From Candidatus Poribacteria bacterium (lineage in GTDB: Bacteria; Poribacteria; WGA-4E; PCPOR2b), in contig JAJECO010000040.1 in the NCBI GenBank assembly GCA_022822005.1, positions 192,090-256,089 of the forward strand: DNA of 64,000 nucleotides. Reading direction: 5' to 3'. The notes below the pieces were generated by a model. It saw only the letters and a list, made by a program, of their open reading frames with translations, was not told the DNA's origin and searched no databases. Each line of letters starts with the position of its first letter. Position 1 is the first letter of the stretch. Shown here piece after piece: positions 18,240 to 27,598 of this stretch. Position numbers and translations under genes: made by a program.

Positions 18240-19169
18240 TTAGTTCTTGACCTTCCAGAGAGTTGCTGGATTATAAGATTCCCCGTGCTGAGGCAGAAAT
18301 TGTCGCAGATGTCGCCCACCCAATGCAAATCCGGCAAGCCCGGGCATCCCCCGATCCTCGTTTTCAACACAGAGGATATAATCATATCCCGATTCAAGCA
18401 GTGCACCGATGATTGTTCCCCAATTCAACTGTCCGCGTCCGGGAACCCGATACTGCCACCACCAATTCCCGATGATTCCTTGACGAAAACGCATCTGTGG
18501 ACTGACTTCACAATCCTTCACATCGGCATAGTACCACTTGCCAGAGAACATGCGGATAGCGTCCTCCGCCGGCAAAATCCCCATCCAGAGCCAGTGGGAG
18601 GGATCACAAGATAACCCGAGGTTATCGGAAGGAATTGCGTCAAGGATCCGTTCCCACATCTCCGGATTACAGGCGATATTGCCCATTCGCACCGCACAGT
18701 CAAGCGCGATTGTCACTCCCTTTTCCTCAGCAAAGCGGATAACCGGTGTCCACATCTCCTTGAACCTGCTTACGAGTTCGACGGATCTATCGCCCGGATT
18801 TCCTGGATTTGAGGAAAATTGTCCGTAAAAGTGCCAACTGACAGGGCTACCTGCATAGGTCACGAGGACTGGCGCGCCGAGGATGCTTGTTGCTTCAATG
18901 GCTCGTTTGAGATTTTCACGGGCAGCTTCACGCGCTTCGGGATCGTCGTCTAACAGATTGTTGTGAGCACTTAGCGCAGCAAGATAGATATTGTGGGATC
19001 GCAAGGTCTCATTGATTTCATCGCCGCCCGACCGTAGGACCTGCTCAGGGTCAAACGTTCCAGTAGCATTCGGACGAATTGCGTCGAAATCGTTTGCTTT
19101 TGCCCATGTGGCACACTCTTCGAGGCTCCATGCACCTCCACCGACACCCGTGCTAAAACTGATGTCCAT
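18240..19169 (-). CDS. Sugar phosphate isomerase/epimerase (xylose isomerase-like TIM barrel) family protein
   Basis: MDISFSTGVGG...ARENLKRAIEATSILGAPVLVTYAG...ALDCAV, AP-endonuclease-2 / TIM-barrel pattern. The ORF extends upstream to 19244, and the start is likely the internal MDISFS. Confidence 0.55.
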   Translation of the reverse strand: MDISFSTGVGGGAWSLEECATWAKANDFDAIRPNATGTFDPEQVLRSGGDEINETLRSHNIYLAALSAHNNLLDDDPEAREAARENLKRAIEATSILGAPVLVTYAGSPVSWHFYGQFSSNPGNPGDRSVELVSRFKEMWTPVIRFAEEKGVTIALDCAVRMGNIACNPEMWERILDAIPSDNLGLSCDPSHWLWMGILPAEDAIRMFSGKWYYADVKDCEVSPQMRFRQGIIGNWWWQYRVPGRGQLNWGTIIGALLESGYDYILCVENEDRGMPGLAGFALGGRHLRQFLPQHGESYNPATLWKVKN

Positions 19170-19258
19170 AATTTTTTCTCTCTCTACAAAGATTTCAGGT
19201 TGGAATGCTAGACCACGCCTTGACCTAAATGGCAGCCAGCGCAATCGTTTGTATCATG

Positions 19259-20080
19259 CTACCATACCATATCCACAACAGATAACGCCATCAGCACCAA
19301 ACTCACCATACCATTCAATGTAAAAAAAGCAAGATTTACCCGTGACAGGTCGTGCGGCTTAACGATAGCATGCTCATAAATCAAGATGATGATAACAATT
19401 CCGACACCGGCAAGATAAACAACACCAAGGTCTGTCAACAATGTAACACCAAGCAAGATCGCAACCATGACCACATGCAGTACCGATGAAATCCACAGGG
19501 CCGGCTTGATTCCGAATTTTGCAGGAATTGAGTGCAATCGTTGTTTGCGATCAAAATCAAAATCTTGACAAGCGTAGATAATATCAAATCCCGCAGTCCA
19601 AAGCAGCACAGCGAATCCAAGCAGCATGGGCGTCCAATCGAACTGACCTTTGATGGCGATCCACGCACCTATCGGCGCAATTGAGAGGGAAATTCCGAGC
19701 CAAATGTGGGAGAGGGAGGTAAAGCGTTTGGTGTAGGAGTAGCCCATAATCACCGCGAGCGCGACAGGTGAAAGCGCAAAAGCAAGCCGATTGAGATTAT
19801 ATGCAGCAAACACGAGCAGCGCAGCTGAAACAAGTGTAAACGCCCATACCGCCCCCTTTGCGATCAATCCGGCGGGGAGGGCTCGCATTGATGTCCGCGG
19901 GTTTGCTTTGTCTATTTCAGCATCAGCAAGACGGTTAAATGCCATGGCACAACTTCGCGCTCCAACCATGGCAACAAGTATCCAGCCAAGTTTATTTAAC
20001 TTGGGAAAACCATTTGCAGCGATGAATGCACTCATGATTGCAAAAGGCAGCATGAAGACTGTGTGCTCAAACTTGATCAT
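19259..20080 (-). CDS. UbiA-family aromatic prenyltransferase (4-hydroxybenzoate polyprenyltransferase-like)
   Basis: NRLADAEIDKANPRT (NDxxDxxxD) and second Asp-rich motif YACQDFDFD. Eight or nine TM helices. Confidence 0.75.
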   Translation of the reverse strand: MIKFEHTVFMLPFAIMSAFIAANGFPKLNKLGWILVAMVGARSCAMAFNRLADAEIDKANPRTSMRALPAGLIAKGAVWAFTLVSAALLVFAAYNLNRLAFALSPVALAVIMGYSYTKRFTSLSHIWLGISLSIAPIGAWIAIKGQFDWTPMLLGFAVLLWTAGFDIIYACQDFDFDRKQRLHSIPAKFGIKPALWISSVLHVVMVAILLGVTLLTDLGVVYLAGVGIVIIILIYEHAIVKPHDLSRVNLAFFTLNGMVSLVLMALSVVDMVW

Positions 20081-20198
20081 GTCTAGGATAATTTTAATCT
20101 TTCGGAAAATCGTGTCTCACCCCTTTTTCAACAGTAAGATATGGCGCTGTCAGTATAGTGTACTATATTTCAATTGTCAATTCATTTCTGGCTGTAGG

Positions 20199-21248
20199 TT
20201 AGCGCATGGAGAAGACAACCCCCAACGCCTCATCCGGGGTTTGGATGAGTTTCTCACACGCGTCGGCCGCTTGATCGATCGGAACAGTATCGGTAATCAG
20301 CGGCTTCACCTTCAGTTTGCCTTCAGACATGAACCGCAGTACCAATTCCAGATTTCGTTGGGTGGGCCAATGGACGAAAACCGGTGGATAATCTGCGCCA
20401 TGTTCATAGGCTTCGTCATGATAGCCGGGTCCCGTTCGGGCTGCGCTGATTACATCCACATTTCCAAGGCCGGCAGCATAACCGTGCGTAATAGTTGCGC
20501 CGCCAACAATAACGATACGTCCCATCTTATGTGTGTCCGGTGCTGTCTTGAGCATACCACGAATTTGCCGAAACGCCTCTGTGCCATCACCGCCGAATGC
20601 GATAATCCCACAATCCATCCCATATCCACCCGTGAATTCTTCTGCAATCGGTACCGGGTCCGTATCGGTCAACTGAATTGGCAGATCTACACCAACCTCC
20701 TGTGCCATCTCAACCCGCCGCGGAAAACGATCCATCCCCATAACATACGCGCCGGCAATCTGTGCGATTTGGCAGGAAAGCTGCCCCACCAAACCCAATC
20801 CTGCCACGACGACGTTTTCACCAATTACGATTCGTCCGCGCTGTACTGCATGCAAGGCGGTAGCCGCAAGGTGGTTGGACGCCGCCTCCGCATCACTCAC
20901 ATTTTCAGGGATCTTTGCACACAGATTGTGCGGTATACAGGCGTGTGTCGCGTGCATTGCATATCCGCCGCCCATCCCCGACACGCGATCCCCGACCGAG
21001 AACTCATCGCAATCCCCCTTCGTGTCAATAACAACGCCGGCATTGGTATAACCGAAGGGGCGCTTGGTTGGATTCGGCTGAGGATTCGCACGCCTGCTCT
21101 TGACTCCACCGAGTCCAGAACCGGGGCTTACCATAGACGCTCCGACCTCAACTAGCAACTGTCCCGGCTCGAGTTCAGGGGTGGGTTGTTCCTCCGTCCA
21201 GATTTTTCCGTTACTATCCATCACAACAACTTTTCTTGTTTGGCTCAT
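20199..21248 (-). CDS. Medium-chain dehydrogenase/reductase (MDR) superfamily oxidoreductase
   Basis: Rossmann VVVAGLGLVGQLSCQIAQIAGA and MDR fold. The classical catalytic-zinc GHE/Cys motif is not evident. Confidence 0.6.
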   Translation of the reverse strand: MSQTRKVVVMDSNGKIWTEEQPTPELEPGQLLVEVGASMVSPGSGLGGVKSRRANPQPNPTKRPFGYTNAGVVIDTKGDCDEFSVGDRVSGMGGGYAMHATHACIPHNLCAKIPENVSDAEAASNHLAATALHAVQRGRIVIGENVVVAGLGLVGQLSCQIAQIAGAYVMGMDRFPRRVEMAQEVGVDLPIQLTDTDPVPIAEEFTGGYGMDCGIIAFGGDGTEAFRQIRGMLKTAPDTHKMGRIVIVGGATITHGYAAGLGNVDVISAARTGPGYHDEAYEHGADYPPVFVHWPTQRNLELVLRFMSEGKLKVKPLITDTVPIDQAADACEKLIQTPDEALGVVFSMR

Positions 21249-21322
21249 GATGTTCTCCTTATGAGCAGATAGCTCATGATTGCAATTTTAACAGTCAAGC
21301 ACAATCCAACAGATTTCACGGT

Positions 21323-22747
21323 TTACGCATCGAGTCTCGTTTTGCCTTCCAGAACAGCCATCCAGCTGCTCGCCTTATCCAGTGTTTCCTGATATTCTGC
21401 TTCGGGTTCTGAATCCGCGACGATGCCGCCTCCCACATGAAAGTGGGCACGTCCATTTTTGAGGATACAGGTCCGAATTGCAATATTGAGATCCATCGTT
21501 CCATCAAACCCAAAGTAACCGATTGCTCCAGTGTATACGCCGCGATCCATCGGCTCAAACTCATCAATCAGTTCCATCGCCCGAATCTTTGGTGCCCCGG
21601 TGATAGAGCCACCGGGAAAGCATGACTTCAAGAGATCGATACGATCAGCGTCCGGTCGGAGCGTTCCCCGAACAGTCGCTACGAGATGGTGTATGTTAGA
21701 ATAACTTTCAAGTGCAACGCGTTCTGGCACATGGATAGATGCGATCTGGCAGACGCGCCCGAGATCATTTCGCTCCAGATCCACAATCATTAGCAACTCA
21801 GCAAGATCTTTCTCGCTATGCAGTAACTCGATCGCCAGTTTGCGATCTAACTCCGGTGTCAAGCCGCGTGGGCGTGTCCCTTTGATTGGACGAGTTTCGA
21901 CGGTTCGGCAACTTGGCGAAAAATGGAGAAACCGTTCAGGGGAGGCACTTAGAATATGGAAATCACCGCAGTGGAGGTATGCACCATAAGGAACGGGGCT
22001 CAACTGGCGCAGATGGGCGTACAATTCTGCGGGAGGTAAGTCACTTGAGGCTGATAATCGCTGCGACAGATTAACCTGATAGATGTCGCCCGATGCGATG
22101 TAAGCCTTCGCGCGCTGCACAGCGGAGAGATAATCCGCTTTGGAAAAATTAGATCGAATCGGCGATTTCACGAAATGCGGGAGGGAGGAGCTGAGCTCTT
22201 CGCAGCAGCGCTGCGAGCCGTAATTTTCAGATTGAAGAGTTGAGCGGAGTTTTTCGAGGTACTGTCGATGTCGAGTAGCAGAATTTTCGTCGATATTGGA
22301 TTGGCACAGATACACCTGATTGGAAAAATGATCAAATGCAACGATGGCATCGTAAAATGCAAAGTAGCAATCGGGCAGTTTGAGGTCGTCGTATGCTGTT
22401 GTTGGCAGTTCTTCGATGAAGCAGCGGAGCGGATAACCCAAATATCCAACCCCACCGATAAACGGCAGGCTGCCGGGCAGTGGACACGATTGAAATCGAT
22501 TCAAAATTTCCCGTAGTGCAGCAAACGGATTTCCCGATCGTATTTCAACTCGGTCTCTCCAATCAAGCTGAAGGTTTGTCCCTTTGCTGCGAAAAATCAG
22601 GAAGGGCTGCGAACCGATGAACGAGTAGCGCCCAAGTTCCGCACAGCGGAATCCTTGCTTTGCGGCCCTTGAAACCTCTGCGCTACTATCAAGGAAAAAA
22701 CTGTGTGGTTCGTCAGCCAACAACTGAAAGAGATCAAAAGCCGTCAA
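21323..22747 (-). CDS. Chorismate-utilising enzyme, aminodeoxychorismate synthase component I / anthranilate synthase I family
   Basis: C-terminal GGSITGAPKIRAMELIDEFEPMDRGVYTGAIGYFGFDGTMDLNIAIRT...GGGIVADSEPEAEYQET, chorismate-binding signature. Confidence 0.75.
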   Translation of the reverse strand: MTAFDLFQLLADEPHSFFLDSSAEVSRAAKQGFRCAELGRYSFIGSQPFLIFRSKGTNLQLDWRDRVEIRSGNPFAALREILNRFQSCPLPGSLPFIGGVGYLGYPLRCFIEELPTTAYDDLKLPDCYFAFYDAIVAFDHFSNQVYLCQSNIDENSATRHRQYLEKLRSTLQSENYGSQRCCEELSSSLPHFVKSPIRSNFSKADYLSAVQRAKAYIASGDIYQVNLSQRLSASSDLPPAELYAHLRQLSPVPYGAYLHCGDFHILSASPERFLHFSPSCRTVETRPIKGTRPRGLTPELDRKLAIELLHSEKDLAELLMIVDLERNDLGRVCQIASIHVPERVALESYSNIHHLVATVRGTLRPDADRIDLLKSCFPGGSITGAPKIRAMELIDEFEPMDRGVYTGAIGYFGFDGTMDLNIAIRTCILKNGRAHFHVGGGIVADSEPEAEYQETLDKASSWMAVLEGKTRLDA

Positions 22748-22828
22748 CTGTGTCTGAATCTCTTCAAGAGTAGGAACAATGCAGGTCGTGGTTCAAGCTA
22801 CCTTTCTTGGCAATATAGAGAGGAGTTC

Positions 22829-23473
22829 CTATCGGCTATTCCCGAGAACGGCTGACGCGTCCTCATGGACCATCGCCTCAACCCGATTTTGTGCGTAGCG
22901 GCAATACTCCGGGTTAATATCATAACCGATGAAATGCCGTCCGAGTTCTATGCAGGCGACAGCTGTGGAACCAGAACCGATGAAGGGTTCCAATACAACA
23001 TCGCCAGGACGCGTGAGAAGGTGCAAAAACTCCTCAACAATTTTTACGGGATAAATTGCTGGATGCCTGATTCCTTTAACTGATTCAACGGGATGCTTAA
23101 TCACATCTCGTTTGAGTTTGTTGCCTCGTAATCGGATAAGCGTGAAGCCATTTTTTTCGATCTGAACCTTACGTCCGCCCTCCCGCCCACCAAAAGCGCT
23201 GGCGTGGATGCCACGAATCTTCATCCGTAATCCAGCGATTTCACCACAATGGAATAGGGATAACAAGCTGTCAAGATATTCTTCTAAACACGCCTCATTA
23301 CCCATACCACCACCGTAGTCTCGTTGTTGAAAATAGGGCGGTGAGGTAATAACGAGTTGAACAGAGCGATCCGGGAGTTCCCGAATCAACTCCAGATTAT
23401 CCCCGCACAGAATCTGATCGAGTGGGTAACCATCGGTGGCGTTGCTGTATTGCAAAATTCCCCCTTTTAACAT
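22829..23473 (-). CDS. Compact beta-class N4/N6 DNA methyltransferase (SPPY motif IV preceding FxGxG motif I)
   Basis: VITSPPYFQQRDYGG (motif IV), HPAIYPVKIVEEFL (motif X), VLEPFIGSGSTAVACIELGRHFIGYDINPEY (motifs I-III). Only 214 aa. The 5' end overlaps the HEPN gene by 7 nt. Confidence 0.7.
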   Translation of the reverse strand: MLKGGILQYSNATDGYPLDQILCGDNLELIRELPDRSVQLVITSPPYFQQRDYGGGMGNEACLEEYLDSLLSLFHCGEIAGLRMKIRGIHASAFGGREGGRKVQIEKNGFTLIRLRGNKLKRDVIKHPVESVKGIRHPAIYPVKIVEEFLHLLTRPGDVVLEPFIGSGSTAVACIELGRHFIGYDINPEYCRYAQNRVEAMVHEDASAVLGNSR

Positions 23474-23916
23474 AGCTGAGTAGCGGCTATTTTTAGTCCA
23501 TGTCTAAGATCCAAACGGTTTGTGTATCCTACCATTTGAGCCCGGGCAAACCCAATAATCTCACGGGCATATTGAATTGCTTTCTCACTTTGCAGCGGAC
23601 CGTAGTGCTCAAAAGAGGCTCCCGCTGAATGACTATTCGGATAACGGGAAGGAATATAAAAATTATCCAAAACACGTCCCTTTTCAACCAATAACTCTGG
23701 CACATCAACGGTTTCTGATAACTCCTCAAGTAACTGGGCGATGACATTGCCCCACATCTTCTGTCCGGTATGGAGGTGTAAGGCTTTGACGGCTTTTTCT
23801 GCAGCCTGTTGTGCAGCGAAGCATACCCATTCATGTCGCTCGGCATGACGGGAATCTAATGCCTGTTCAAAATCTCTATCAGCTTGTCTTAGCCAGTCTG
23901 GCGCACGATTTGGCAT
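23467..23916 (-). CDS. HEPN-domain protein (Rx4H motif)
   Basis: Helical about 149 aa with ...YIPSRYPNSHSAG... (R-x4-H) near the C-terminus and conserved N-terminal helix AAQQAAEKAVKALH. Typical standalone HEPN. Overlaps the methyltransferase downstream and the rsmD 3' end upstream. Confidence 0.6.
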   Translation of the reverse strand: MPNRAPDWLRQADRDFEQALDSRHAERHEWVCFAAQQAAEKAVKALHLHTGQKMWGNVIAQLLEELSETVDVPELLVEKGRVLDNFYIPSRYPNSHSAGASFEHYGPLQSEKAIQYAREIIGFARAQMVGYTNRLDLRHGLKIAATQLC

Positions 23917-24505
23917 TATTCTGATCCTTTACGGATGCCACCCGATAAAATGAGAGCATTGTATCGCCATACCACTCTTGGCGACTTAAAATCAGTTCGT
24001 CCAACATCAGAGATTTGGTCCAATCAGCCTCTCGAATTTTCCGATGTTCAACAACTATCATGCCAGCTGAAGAAAGTAGATTTGCGTCCGCAATCTGTTT
24101 CAAGCACGGTTCGTAGATTTTAGAGACGTATGGCGGATCGAAGTAAATCAGGTCAAATTTCGCTTTACGCCTACCAAGCCGGGCGAGCGCTTTTCGTGCG
24201 TCAAGGTGAATGAGCTGGACTTGAGGCTGCCTACGGTCAAATCCACACATCTCAAGGTTTAATTCTATAATGCGGATACAGTGATGATTGCTATCAACAA
24301 AGGTAGTAGCCCTCGCACCTTGGCTCAACGCTTCAAGTCCAACGTTCCCGGTTCCTGCACAAAGATCAAGAAAATCGGAATCAACAACCCGTTCACCTAA
24401 AATACGAAATACGGCTTCTTTGACGCGGTCGGCAGTAGGACGCACCTCTGATCCCTTGATCGTCTTTAATCGTCTGCCTTTGAATTTTCCAGCGACAACT
24501 CTCAT
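23879..24505 (-). CDS. rsmD: 16S rRNA (guanine966-N2)-methyltransferase
   Basis: MRVVAGKFKGRRL...RPTADRVKEAVFRIL...FLDLCAGTGNVGLEALSQGA...IYFDPPY: RsmD signature including the DPPY N-methylation motif. Confidence 0.85.
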   Translation of the reverse strand: MRVVAGKFKGRRLKTIKGSEVRPTADRVKEAVFRILGERVVDSDFLDLCAGTGNVGLEALSQGARATTFVDSNHHCIRIIELNLEMCGFDRRQPQVQLIHLDARKALARLGRRKAKFDLIYFDPPYVSKIYEPCLKQIADANLLSSAGMIVVEHRKIREADWTKSLMLDELILSRQEWYGDTMLSFYRVASVKDQNNAKSCARLAKTS

Positions 24506-24705
24506 TCTGCATCCTTGATGACGCTTTGAAGCCCGGTATGTAGTGCGGTACGGGCAGATTATACATTAGCGAATTTTGCACGTCAACCTAAAACCGAATC
24601 GTGAAAATATCTCCGATAAGACCGGGAAGCAAGGCCTGTTAATCCTTTAATCCCCGATGAGATTGAGGTTCAAAGCAACTTGGAAATCCTGATTGAATTT
24701 AAGGG

Positions 24706-24733
24706 TTGAATTGTAACCATTCTGGTTTATAAT
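24706..24733 (+). promoter_or_regulatory. Sigma70-like promoter TTGAAT-16-TATAAT upstream of the RraA-like gene
   Basis: ttgaat tgtaaccattctggtt tataat read in sequence, about 70 nt upstream of the ATG at 24804 (RBS aaggag). Confidence 0.4.
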
Positions 24734-24803
24734 ATCGCGAAGGTTGGCTTATGCGACACAGTTTGAGACCTTCATAAAGTAGATTCTGTAAAAGGAGAAA
24801 CAG

Positions 24804-25523
24804 ATGAAAGAAAAAATCTCACGTGAAACACTTGACCTTCTCTTGATTCCCAGCACTGCGACTCTGACTTCAGTGCTGCGACAACATGGCATCACCCGCT
24901 CCTTTATGCACGGCGTCGCGCCATTACGCCCTAATATGAAGATGGCAGGTCCCGCATTCACGCTTAGATATCTACCGATGCGCGAAGATCTGGATCCGGG
25001 TACAGTTGATAATCTAAAAGATGTCCAACGCGTCGGGATTGAGCAAATCGGTGAGGGAGAAGTGTTTGTTGTCGATGCACGAGGGGATACCCGCGCAGGA
25101 ACGATGGGATCAATCCTTACCACGCGCCTCCACTGCCGCGGTGCAGCGGGCATTGTGACTGATGGTGCTTACCGTGATAGCCCGGTCATCGCAGAACTCG
25201 GTATTCCAGCTTATGCAGCGGCGATGAACGCCCACACTAACAAAACTATACACCATCCAAGCGAGATTCAGGTGCCGATTGCCTGCGGCGACGTGGCGGT
25301 GTATCCGGGTGACATCATTGTAGGTGATGAAGAGGGCGTAGTTGTGGTGCCGGCGCAGTTGGCAGATCAGGTGGCACAGACCGCTGCTGAAATGGAGGAG
25401 AAAGAGGTATTTATTACGGAAAAGATACAAGCTGGAGCAAGCATTGTCGGCGTCTATCCGCCGGATGAAAAGACACTTGCTGAGTTTGAGGAGTGGAAAA
25501 AGAAGAGAAGAGCACAGAATTAA
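24804..25523 (+). CDS. RraA-like / 4-hydroxy-4-methyl-2-oxoglutarate aldolase family protein
   Basis: ...VVDARGDTRAGTMGSILTTRLHCRGAAGIVTDGAYRDSPVIAELGIPAYAAA..., RraA/DlpA fold signature. Confidence 0.7.
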   Translation: MKEKISRETLDLLLIPSTATLTSVLRQHGITRSFMHGVAPLRPNMKMAGPAFTLRYLPMREDLDPGTVDNLKDVQRVGIEQIGEGEVFVVDARGDTRAGTMGSILTTRLHCRGAAGIVTDGAYRDSPVIAELGIPAYAAAMNAHTNKTIHHPSEIQVPIACGDVAVYPGDIIVGDEEGVVVVPAQLADQVAQTAAEMEEKEVFITEKIQAGASIVGVYPPDEKTLAEFEEWKKKRRAQN

Positions 25524-26431
25524 AGTAAACCTTTAGCCTGAAAAAATCCTCTCAACTGCTCCATCTCCGCATCGTCCAGCGTGTGATAGGGTTTCCTGCG
25601 CCAACGCTCGGCAATCCCGAACAGTTCAAGCGTTCCGTGGATACCGGCGTCTCCACCCCCAGTCAGCCCACTAACGAAATCGAAATACGGAAAATCGTAA
25701 TTTTGTATAATCTCTTTCACGCGTTGCCAATCCTGCGTCTGGATTGCTCGCCAATAGTCCTGTGTGATATCGGGGCTGAAGTGAATGAAGGTGGAGAAAT
25801 ACCCGTCACAGCCATAAGGCAGCATGTCCAGATGGTTCTGTTTCTGACCTCCTGAAATCACGCCCCAGTGGCCATGTAACAGTACTCCCATCCGTCTGGC
25901 AAACGCCCCAACGATATCATCCTTGATAGCGACAACCCCATCGACTTGATCTCGCAAGACCTCTAACGTCTTTAGCCCGAGATCCGGTGCATTTGCAAAC
26001 ACATTGGTGACAACCATCACCGGGATGTGTTCAGCCACCGCAGCGTAGTGCTCGACAAAGGTTTCTATCGTGCAGGACCTCGCCCAGTTGGGGGGCAGCA
26101 CCATCAATAGATCCGCACCGACAGTCGCAGCATATTTGGCAAACTCTACCTCTTTGTCGGTCCACCACTGCCTATCCGCAGCGATCACCATGGCGCGTCC
26201 CCCAACATGCTCCGCGGTTATTTTAGTTATATGAGCAACCTCTTCGTCGGTCAACACCGAATAGAGGCTATCCCCGTAGGTAAGGATGATGCTCCCACTG
26301 CCAGCGTCAATCACATGGTCAATCATGTTTCGCAGCCCTTTTTCGTCGATTTCGCCATCGCATAGAAAGGGGGTATGGACGGATGCAACGGGTCCGGTGA
26401 GTGCCTCTCGGACTCTTGAACGGTCTATCAT
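25520..26431 (-). CDS. Dihydrodipicolinate synthase / N-acetylneuraminate lyase (DapA-like) family aldolase
   Basis: TIM-barrel class I aldolase pattern ...GSIILTYGDS...VIAADRQWWTDKEVEFAKYAATVGADLLMVLPP. Family-level assignment only. Confidence 0.55.
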   Translation of the reverse strand: MIDRSRVREALTGPVASVHTPFLCDGEIDEKGLRNMIDHVIDAGSGSIILTYGDSLYSVLTDEEVAHITKITAEHVGGRAMVIAADRQWWTDKEVEFAKYAATVGADLLMVLPPNWARSCTIETFVEHYAAVAEHIPVMVVTNVFANAPDLGLKTLEVLRDQVDGVVAIKDDIVGAFARRMGVLLHGHWGVISGGQKQNHLDMLPYGCDGYFSTFIHFSPDITQDYWRAIQTQDWQRVKEIIQNYDFPYFDFVSGLTGGGDAGIHGTLELFGIAERWRRKPYHTLDDAEMEQLRGFFQAKGLL

Positions 26432-26497
26432 AGCAGCTTGAACAACCTCCTTCGTACCACCGCAGTGAGATAAAATCAGATAGCCATCGGCTTCTAT

Positions 26498-27598
26498 CTA
26501 CCAATCAACAACCGTTCCATCTTCGGGATGTAGGGGCGATTGCGGGCGGAAGATAGCACCGATTTTGTCCGCCATCGCTTCATCGTCGAGTTCGATCCCA
26601 AGCCCCGGCTTGTCTGGAATCGGCAAGTACCCATCGACAGGAACGAACGGTTCTTTGAGGTAACCCTCGCCAAGCGTCACATGCTCCTGAGACACAAAGT
26701 TTGGCATCATGGCATCGAGTTGCAAGCAGGTCGCCAGTGCAATAGGACCGAGTGGACAGTGGGGAGCGACGCCAGCATAGTGCATCTCTGCCATCCCCGC
26801 GATGAGACGTGTCTCAAAAATGCCGCCAACATGGCAGGGGTCTGGGTTCAAGATCTTCGCTGCACCACGCTCTAAAAGCTCACGAAATGCCCAGCGCGTG
26901 AAAACACGCTCACCCGCTGCGATAGGAATGCTCGTGGATTGAGCGATGCGCGCCATCTCATCGTAGTTTTCGCACTGACACGGATCCTCGATCCACGCTG
27001 GATGTAACGGCTCCAACGCTTTAATGATGGGCACTGCGGCGGCGGGGAGAAACGCACCGTGTAGATCAATGGCGATATCAACGGAAGGCCCAACGGCGTC
27101 ACGGACTTCTCCCACCCAAGCCACCGCCTGGTCGATAAATTCTTTTGTGGCATGAACTTTGGGATACTGCCCCGGGATCCCGATTTTAAAACCCTTGAAT
27201 CCGCGTGCCACATCTGCTTTCATCTGCTCGATGGAACCGCCCCCTTTGTACAGACGGATGCGGTCTCGGGCACGTCCACCCAACAACTGCCATACCGGCA
27301 ACCCGACACTTTTACCGAGGATATCCCAAAGCGCAGCCTCGACCCCACTGATCGCGCTCATCATAATTGCTCCACCATGATAACATGGCTGTCGATACAT
27401 CGCTTCCCAGTGATGGATAATTCGTCGTGGATCTTGACCGATGAGGTAGTCTTCCAATTCCCTGACTGCCTCAGCGGAAGTTGTGGCACGTCCTTCCAAA
27501 TACGGCTCGCCCAAACCGACGATTCCCTCATCGGTATGTACCCGTAAAAATAGCCAGCGGGGTGCAATCAGGAATGTTTCGAGTTTGGTAATTTTCAT
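26498..27598 (-). CDS. Enolase-superfamily (mandelate racemase / muconate lactonizing enzyme) dehydratase, D-galactonate/mannonate dehydratase-like
   Basis: MKITKLETFLIAP...VHTDEGIVGLGE N-terminal capping domain. Barrel metal ligands in ...DIAIDLHG... and ...AWIEDP.... Confidence 0.75.
   Translation of the reverse strand: MKITKLETFLIAPRWLFLRVHTDEGIVGLGEPYLEGRATTSAEAVRELEDYLIGQDPRRIIHHWEAMYRQPCYHGGAIMMSAISGVEAALWDILGKSVGLPVWQLLGGRARDRIRLYKGGGSIEQMKADVARGFKGFKIGIPGQYPKVHATKEFIDQAVAWVGEVRDAVGPSVDIAIDLHGAFLPAAAVPIIKALEPLHPAWIEDPCQCENYDEMARIAQSTSIPIAAGERVFTRWAFRELLERGAAKILNPDPCHVGGIFETRLIAGMAEMHYAGVAPHCPLGPIALATCLQLDAMMPNFVSQEHVTLGEGYLKEPFVPVDGYLPIPDKPGLGIELDDEAMADKIGAIFRPQSPLHPEDGTVVDW

Noticed and set aside
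19791-21155. 454-aa plus-strand ORF
   Set aside because: It is entirely antisense to the well-supported UbiA-prenyltransferase and MDR-dehydrogenase genes. Its composition is low-complexity and Arg/Cys-rich, typical of a shadow ORF in a GC-moderate genome.
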